DNA from: a virus
Lineage: Duplodnaviria; Caudoviricetes
Length of the DNA stretch: 64,000 nucleotides
Reading direction: 5' to 3' (one strand)
IMG/VR virus record: IMGVR_UViG_3300028591_000076
Coordinates: 1-64,000 of that record
This document shows, one piece after another, positions 57,955-64,000 of this stretch. Below the pieces are notes generated by a model. That model made no database searches. It saw only the letters and a program-made list of their open reading frames with translations, and was not told the DNA's origin. The stretch's first letter is position 1. Every line of letters begins with the position of its first letter. The position numbers and the translations under genes were made by a program.

Positions 57955-57957
57955 AAA

Positions 57958-58778
57958 CTAGTCATCCGTAGGAATTACTTTTTCAATATATTCCTTATCT
58001 TGAGTAAAAATTGGAATTTCCTCATCGATTTCCCACCGTGAGCGATTTATTTTTTCATCAAATACATGAATTACACAAGAACCCCGTTTTTCTACAGTCT
58101 TACGGTCATTCCAGTTAATATTCTTTTCTTCATGAAGTTTATCTTGAAGCTGTGAATTATTTAAGCCCTGTATTTGCTTCTGTGAAAAATTCGCTTGAGC
58201 AAGTCCCTGAATTGAATTACGAGTTGCATCATTCTGACGCCAAATGAAATAATTAACAATTTCATTTTCTGGAATATTAAATGCTCTAGCATCAAAATAT
58301 CCACCTAATTCAGTTTTCTTTAAAAGGACATTTTTGTAAAAACGTTCATCTTCATCTTCACGAAAATTATCCTCAACTCTTTCTTTATAGAACTTCTCTA
58401 CCAAGTCTGCCCAATTCTTATTAAAGTACATTGTGGCCATTGACGCAGCGACAGAACAAATTTTCTGAACAGAATAATCAAACCATGCATCGGTCTGTAA
58501 ACTATCATAGTCAGTCAAAAGTAATGAAATTTCGTCAGACTCTACATATCCTATCTTACATCCTTGAATATGCTCACAAAGGTCCTTAGTAGTTAATTGC
58601 ATTACTTCAATAAAAAGTGGGTCATAAGGTTTTCTTAAACCCTTACAAAAACTATGAAAATGACCTAATGACACCCGTCAATACGAATAATGACGGGTGT
58701 CCTACGAGTTAAATATGTCTTAGAGCGGTTTTCGTAGAAATCCTTCATACGATCCCCGAGTGAGTCTCTTACAGCCAT
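57958..58778 (-). CDS. thg1: tRNA(His) guanylyltransferase Thg1/TLP, interrupted by an 8-nt gap (58660-58667); about 270 aa if the gap is skipped
   Basis: AGGAGG-ATG(58778) MAVRDSLGDRMKDFYE...TPVIIRIDGCH-TAG, then FHSFCKGLRKPYD, YVESDEISL, FDARAF, YFIWRQNDATRNS in another frame. Confidence 0.93.
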
Positions 58779-58813
58779 AAGAACTCTCCTCCTTATATAA
58801 TCTTATTTATAAT

Positions 58814-58822
58814 AATATGTAA
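58814..58822 (-). promoter_or_regulatory. TTACATATT motif (putative early/middle promoter), representative copy
   Basis: about 12 intergenic copies, oriented toward and close to non-structural gene starts. Confidence 0.7.
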
Positions 58823-58845
58823 ATTGTCTTAAAAATATATATTTA

Positions 58846-59649
58846 TTATATATTTTTTCCATTATTCATATAAATAGATTCTCCAGCGTTTACTTCATTA
58901 GCATTTAATGCGCCGGATATCCTAATATCATTATCAGCAGATATTGTCTCAGCTTTTACCGTTCCTTTTACTGTAAGGTCTTGACCAATATTTAAGTCGT
59001 TTCCTTCAACATTACCACCAATGGTTACTTCGTCGTTAGTTTCTATATCTTTTGCTTTAAGATTACCGCCAACATTAAGAGTACTAGTATCTAAATCTCC
59101 AAGTGTAGCATTTCCTGAAACTTCAAATTTGTCATCTACTTGAATATCACCATCTGTTTTTAAATCTCCAGTAACATTTATATTTCCAGATGAACTTATA
59201 TTACCAGTAATACTATCTGCTGTTATAGTTAAATCACCATCACAATCAATATCGCCACAAATATTTTTTGCGGTCAAATTAAATGACTCATCACAGCTAA
59301 TAGAGCCCACACTTCCTTCAACCTGAATATTAAGCTCAGAAATAAATAAGTTCATATCATTATCTTTTTCTTTTTCTATTATAATAGGCTGTGGCTGTTC
59401 TGGTAGAGTAGACTTTTTTGAGTCTTTTTCAAGATTTATTTTATCCGACTCAATCGACACATTATAGTCTTTTAAATGTTTTAAATAAGCAGTAACATTT
59501 TCATTATTCGCATAAATCTTTTCACCATCATAGCTTAATGAGCTAATATTGTCATCAATAGGCACAAGCTCATCTAAGTACTGACCATTTATTTTAATCC
59601 TACCATGAATATCCGATAATGTAAAGTTCTTATTTTTCCAAAATCCCAT
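58846..59649 (-). CDS. beta-helix repeat protein (bactofilin/DUF4097-like)
   Basis: repeating VxGNxxxxDIxxxxxLxV pattern. Confidence 0.65.
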   Translation of the reverse strand: MGFWKNKNFTLSDIHGRIKINGQYLDELVPIDDNISSLSYDGEKIYANNENVTAYLKHLKDYNVSIESDKINLEKDSKKSTLPEQPQPIIIEKEKDNDMNLFISELNIQVEGSVGSISCDESFNLTAKNICGDIDCDGDLTITADSITGNISSSGNINVTGDLKTDGDIQVDDKFEVSGNATLGDLDTSTLNVGGNLKAKDIETNDEVTIGGNVEGNDLNIGQDLTVKGTVKAETISADNDIRISGALNANEVNAGESIYMNNGKNI

Positions 59650-59652
59650 TTT

Positions 59653-59859
59653 TTACTCCAGCGATGATAAAGTAATTATATCTATAATTGGATATGTTTT
59701 TCCATTATAGCTATATTTATATGAATTATTTAAAATAAATTTTTTCTTTTTTTCTGCTCTATGTGAGGTAGGACAATAGCCTATTAGTGTACTAACCTCC
59801 TGAACACCAGAACTAGATGCTATCCTATCTGTTCTTTTAAGTATATAAATTGATTTCAT
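59653..59859 (-). CDS. hypothetical protein
   Basis: 68 aa, coupled to upstream gene. Confidence 0.55.
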   Translation of the reverse strand: MKSIYILKRTDRIASSSGVQEVSTLIGYCPTSHRAEKKKKFILNNSYKYSYNGKTYPIIDIITLSSLE

Positions 59860-60815
59860 TAATTTATCCAGCTCTCCTCATGTTTTATAAGATATTCCAT
59901 TGCAGCCATACCTGCATTATATTTATCTTTCTTATAATCCTCATATACTTTTAAAAGTGCTTTATGTTTAGCCTCATCATCTTCCATTTTATATATATCA
60001 TTTTGACGAGTTAAATAACATTCATCATCATCTGATAAATCAATATATTTCTTTAAGAGTTTTCTATATGTCCAAATCTCATGAAGAGTTTTAATTCTAC
60101 CATCTACCAAAGATTTTAAGTTATCAGATAACTTAATATAATCTTCTGGTGTAATTTCAAAGGTCTCATATTGTAAAAAAGCTTTTGCTACTTCTTTTTG
60201 TGATATACCACAAAAGCTTACAATTTTATTAATTATAGCGTCTATATTTAATGAATTATAAAATGCTTCTGAACTATTTAATAGCTTTTCTTTATAATCT
60301 TGTACATCTTCAGTTTCTAGTGTTTCCCAATTTGCAATTACTTTCTTAGTTTTACCCTCTACTGGGACATCTACAAAATATCCAATTTTAAGTTGGTCTT
60401 TATCTTTTAATAAATAAAAAGATGATCCCGTATAATCTCCACTTGCTGGCTTACTACAAATATAATATCGGTCTTTTGAGGATTTTAAAAATTCCTTAAT
60501 AGATTTTTCTATAAATGGTAATTTTTTTTCATATGAGACATTATCATCTATTAGCTTATATCCATCAATAGCTCTTTTATAATGATAATCATATTTTCTT
60601 ATGCTATTATACATTTGTCTACATTTAATCTCCATAAAACCAAACATAGACATACCACCAGACCAGGTATCATTTAAAACCCAAAGATTACCTTGATACA
60701 TATCTTTTTCTTTTCTAAAGCGAAAATAATATTCTGTTTCAAAAAACTGTTCAACTATTCTCTTTAATTCTTGAAATGGCTTTTTAATAGCTGTGATTAT
60801 CCCATAAAATTTCAT
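59859..60815 (-). CDS. hypothetical protein
   Basis: 318-aa ORF. Confidence 0.7.
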   Translation of the reverse strand: MKFYGIITAIKKPFQELKRIVEQFFETEYYFRFRKEKDMYQGNLWVLNDTWSGGMSMFGFMEIKCRQMYNSIRKYDYHYKRAIDGYKLIDDNVSYEKKLPFIEKSIKEFLKSSKDRYYICSKPASGDYTGSSFYLLKDKDQLKIGYFVDVPVEGKTKKVIANWETLETEDVQDYKEKLLNSSEAFYNSLNIDAIINKIVSFCGISQKEVAKAFLQYETFEITPEDYIKLSDNLKSLVDGRIKTLHEIWTYRKLLKKYIDLSDDDECYLTRQNDIYKMEDDEAKHKALLKVYEDYKKDKYNAGMAAMEYLIKHEESWIN

Positions 60816-60819
60816 ACTA

Positions 60820-61566
60820 TTACCTTACAATAATTTTTTCAAAAACTTCTTTCATATCTCTATGAATAACTAAATCAGCCATAGAATCAACTTCTGTTTC
60901 TTGCAGGTTAAGAATAACAAATTTCTCACCCCTAAAATACCTAAGTAAGCTATTTGCAGGATGTACTACTAATGAAGTACCAGCAACAATAAGCATATCT
61001 GCGTTTTTTAGAGCTTTAACAGACTTATCCCAAGCATCACTCGGTAAATTTTCTTCATACAATGTTACGTCAGGTTTTATAACAGACCCACAATCACAGA
61101 TAGGAATACCATCTTCATTTCTTCTTTCAAATAAATCGCTAATAGAATATTCCTTATTACAGCCCTGTCTAACACAATGGTTTGTAAAAGTAGTTCCATG
61201 AACTTGATAAACTTCTTTTGATCCTGCATCCTGATGTAATGTATCAATATTCTGGGTTATAATTGCTTTTAATTTTCCAATAGCCTCTAACTCAGCTAAC
61301 TTTTTATGAATAATATTTGGCTCAATTTTTTGGCCATTCATAAGTATCTTATCAAAATAAAATTTATAAAAAAGCTCAGTTTCTTTTTTCCAACAAGTAT
61401 GAGATAAAATATATTCTGGCGCTTTATTTCCATAATTTTGAGCATATAGTCCATTTGGACTTCTAAAATCAGGAATACCAGAAGCCGTAGAAACACCAGC
61501 TCCGCCAAAAAATACTATATTCTTACTATCGTCTATATATTTCTGTAATTGTTCAATATCTGTCAT
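60820..61566 (-). CDS. cobB: Sir2/CobB-family NAD-dependent protein deacylase
   Basis: GAGVSTASGIPDFRS, TQNIDTLH, VHGT, Zn cysteines, KPDVTLYEE, GTSLVVHPA. Confidence 0.95.
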   Translation of the reverse strand: MTDIEQLQKYIDDSKNIVFFGGAGVSTASGIPDFRSPNGLYAQNYGNKAPEYILSHTCWKKETELFYKFYFDKILMNGQKIEPNIIHKKLAELEAIGKLKAIITQNIDTLHQDAGSKEVYQVHGTTFTNHCVRQGCNKEYSISDLFERRNEDGIPICDCGSVIKPDVTLYEENLPSDAWDKSVKALKNADMLIVAGTSLVVHPANSLLRYFRGEKFVILNLQETEVDSMADLVIHRDMKEVFEKIIVR

Positions 61567-61602
61567 AAATTACCTTTATTAAATATGTAATAATTATTTA
61601 AT

Positions 61603-61884
61603 TTACGCTTGTTTACTTAAAGCTTGTGCCATTAAATCATTGCCATCTCTAAATGGAGAATTAGAGCCTAAAACGTCCTCAGAATTTGTCATTATAACTT
61701 CATTTGGATTATTTGTTTTATTTGTTTGTAATGTTCTTAATGCCATAAAACTATTCTGGAAATTTACAAAATCTGTATTTCTTTTTATATCAACTTGTTG
61801 CTGAATAAGTTTTATTTTTGTAATATCATCCATATCAGAATGTAATATAGCAAGTTCAGTTTTATATATTTCTTTTTCTTCCAT
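61603..61884 (-). CDS. hypothetical protein
   Basis: likely start MEEKE after GAGG. Confidence 0.55.
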   Translation of the reverse strand: MEEKEIYKTELAILHSDMDDITKIKLIQQQVDIKRNTDFVNFQNSFMALRTLQTNKTNNPNEVIMTNSEDVLGSNSPFRDGNDLMAQALSKQA

Positions 61885-61885
61885 C

Positions 61886-62482
61886 TTAGTCCTCATCAAA
61901 TTCAGGCTCTCTAGTATCTTCACAACATTTTATTTCTTTAACTTTTACTGTTTTATAATAAGAATCACTAATATCAAAACCAAATTCTCTTCGTGATCTT
62001 ATTTTTTCTAATTCCTTCATACGACTCTTAATTTCTTCTAAATTAAAATTATCTAGTAGATATCTAACCACAGAGTTTACTACATTATTTACTATAGACG
62101 TATCAGAATAGCTATTTACCCAAATAGGCTTAATTGTCCATTCTCTTTTACCATTTACATTTTTTATTTTATAATAATTCGATAAAATATGGTCTCCCTC
62201 ACGATGAGTATTCCTTAACGCGCCATAGATATTACGTCCAAAACAATTTTTCCAATTTTCATTTCTAAAGCGTATACCATCAAAAGATGGCCTAATATCT
62301 ACTATCATACCAGACATACCTACATGTACATGGTCTTCTGGCGCCCATGTTGGACTAACGGCACTACCAAAAATAAAATTTATATCTGCTTCTTTATCAG
62401 CTGTTGCTTTATTTATTAAAAAATATGCACCCTGTACTGTACTAATAATATCCTTTAATCTCTTAACTTCCTTTTTAGTCAT
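61886..62482 (-). CDS. hypothetical protein
   Basis: 198-aa ORF. Confidence 0.7.
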   Translation of the reverse strand: MTKKEVKRLKDIISTVQGAYFLINKATADKEADINFIFGSAVSPTWAPEDHVHVGMSGMIVDIRPSFDGIRFRNENWKNCFGRNIYGALRNTHREGDHILSNYYKIKNVNGKREWTIKPIWVNSYSDTSIVNNVVNSVVRYLLDNFNLEEIKSRMKELEKIRSRREFGFDISDSYYKTVKVKEIKCCEDTREPEFDED

Positions 62483-62493
62483 ATCTATATATC

Positions 62494-62844
62494 CTACCTA
62501 ATATAATAATTATATTTATAATCTAGATGATAATTATCACCAGATAAAGCAACATGTTTATCATAAATTTTTACTAAAAAACTTTTATCCCAGCCTAATA
62601 CCCTATCAAAAAATTCATTTTCGCCCTGTAAATCTTCCATTTGTATTAGAAAAAAATTTTCAATGCTATAGAGAAAAAAACCTAATAAGTCACTTTCCTT
62701 ATTATTAAAATCATTAAATAAAAATTCTGAAAATAGCTCTTTATACTTTTTATTATTTCGCTTACTAAAAATATAAATAAAAAAGCCATTAGTATCATCA
62801 TCTTTTTCTAAATTTACAATATAGCTAGACAGCTCAACAGTCAT
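62494..62844 (-). CDS. hypothetical protein
   Basis: 116 aa, ends YNYYIR. Confidence 0.65.
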   Translation of the reverse strand: MTVELSSYIVNLEKDDDTNGFFIYIFSKRNNKKYKELFSEFLFNDFNNKESDLLGFFLYSIENFFLIQMEDLQGENEFFDRVLGWDKSFLVKIYDKHVALSGDNYHLDYKYNYYIR

Positions 62845-63113
62845 TAGTTGCTCCCATAATACATATTATATAAATTTATATCACTAGTTTCAGTTATTGT
62901 AATATCGGATATAACTATATCCTCTTCTGAAAGATGTAATTTATATACTAATAAAGTAAAGTCATAAACACCGATCGCTGTTTTAGCTGCGCCATGAGAT
63001 GCAAAAACTCTAGCATTTTGTAAATTTTCTACTAGGCATATTTCTGAGCCAGAGCCAGCTATATATTTATTACCTATTCTAACAACGCATTTTCTATCGT
63101 TTCTCTTTTTCAT
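62844..63113 (-). CDS. hypothetical protein
   Basis: 89 aa, ends NMYYGSN. Confidence 0.65.
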   Translation of the reverse strand: MKKRNDRKCVVRIGNKYIAGSGSEICLVENLQNARVFASHGAAKTAIGVYDFTLLVYKLHLSEEDIVISDITITETSDINLYNMYYGSN

Positions 63114-63532
63114 TATATAAGTTTTCCTTTGATATCATTCGATAGTTTTTTCGCCATTTCTAAATCAAACCAAATTTCTGACTTAAAGATTTTTTTATTA
63201 TATCTAGTAAAATAATTATCCCAAATATTAAGATATATTAAATTATCTAATTCTGATAATTCCAATAATTCAGAAAAACATGTACATTTTAAGTAAACAC
63301 TATCGTTATATACGAAAGGATTATTTAAGTAATCACAAAGTTTTAAAATAGACTCTTTTCTAAGAAGAATACAATCCCATGTAGTATATTTTTTCCTATT
63401 TTTAAACTTCTTATTAATAATTGAAATACCATATAATTCGGGTGTATCATTATTATTAAAAATTGTTAAAACGCGGTCTTCAATTTCTACTTGAGTAAGT
63501 ATATTAGCTGAATTATCTACTTTCTTGAACAT
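63113..63532 (-). CDS. hypothetical protein
   Basis: 139-aa ORF. Confidence 0.65.
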   Translation of the reverse strand: MFKKVDNSANILTQVEIEDRVLTIFNNNDTPELYGISIINKKFKNRKKYTTWDCILLRKESILKLCDYLNNPFVYNDSVYLKCTCFSELLELSELDNLIYLNIWDNYFTRYNKKIFKSEIWFDLEMAKKLSNDIKGKLI

Positions 63533-63541
63533 ATAATCCTA

Positions 63542-63964
63542 TTAATAAGCCGTTGTGGACTCTACAAAAGAATAATATAAAGTATAAATAGGCTTATCTT
63601 CATCTTCATACCATACTTTATATCCATGTAAATCGCCAATGCCGTAATCTACAAAAGTTTCTTTTTTATTATCTGCTCCTCCCAAATTATCCATTATCTT
63701 AATAGCATCTATAAGTACATTTTTCTTAGTAGGTAAAATACTATCATTATTAAACTTATCAAAATTAAATTCAATAAGAACGTCTTGCCTACCATCTGGA
63801 TATTTTGGTAAAGACTTTATTAACTCTTCTTCATCATAATTTAAGTCTCTATTTTCAGCTTCAGCAGTTGCATATATATCTAAAATTGAGCTAATAGTAT
63901 AAACTCTATAATCAAAGTCTAAATTAAAAAGGTTCTGCCTAGCATTATAAATTGTACTATCCAT
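63542..63964 (-). CDS. hypothetical protein
   Basis: 140-aa ORF. Confidence 0.65.
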   Translation of the reverse strand: MDSTIYNARQNLFNLDFDYRVYTISSILDIYATAEAENRDLNYDEEELIKSLPKYPDGRQDVLIEFNFDKFNNDSILPTKKNVLIDAIKIMDNLGGADNKKETFVDYGIGDLHGYKVWYEDEDKPIYTLYYSFVESTTAY

Positions 63965-64000
63965 ACTTTTTATATTTGCAAATTTTAAAGATAACCCAAA

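Noticed and set aside
57958-58674. ORF-track start for Thg1 (GTG at 58674); likewise the track starts at 15216 and 1455
   Set aside because: These starts omit the catalytic N-terminal motifs, which are present upstream in another frame behind strong RBSs.
1-64000. Alternative genetic code (TAG or TGA reassigned) as the explanation for the internal stops
   Set aside because: Long genes are intact in code 11, TAG ends normal genes (e.g. 2666), and each interruption also changes frame, which readthrough cannot fix.
1-64000. tRNA or rRNA genes
   Set aside because: No cloverleaf or T-loop (GTTCGA-type) signatures seen in the short intergenic regions; tRNAscan-SE would be needed to exclude them formally.

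Overview
Very AT-rich, densely coding segment of a large T4-like (jumbo) tailed phage, read in the standard genetic code. Host unknown; three BspA-type leucine-rich-repeat genes are compatible with an anaerobic gut/rumen host. Replication genes: GIY-YIG homing endonuclease, C-terminal half of a split family A DNA polymerase, AEP primase, DnaB helicase and DnaC-like loader. Virion genes: tail/baseplate block, T4 gp17-like terminase and gp20-like portal. Also a C39-like peptidase, a double GT2 glycosyltransferase, a nucleotide/RNA-repair set (Rnl1 ligase, Thg1, Sir2, Nudix, nucleoside hydrolase, two metallophosphoesterases, HAD) and many small hypothetical genes. Main observation: three enzyme genes (Thg1, a metallophosphoesterase, the PolA fragment) are each broken just after their first catalytic Asp by a stop codon that opens an 8-11 nt frame-shifting gap. 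In two of them the gap is flanked by matched His codons (CAT-TAG...CAT/CAC), lies in or beside an RNA hairpin, and both proteins start MAVR. This resembles programmed ribosomal bypassing (T4 gene 60 type) with very short gaps. Other signals: about 23 small proteins ending in a YF/YY motif, two candidate promoter motifs, T4-like head-protease sites on LRR proteins, possible capsid-mimic mini-proteins and a probable intein relic in PolA. All family assignments come from motif recognition by eye; no database search was run.
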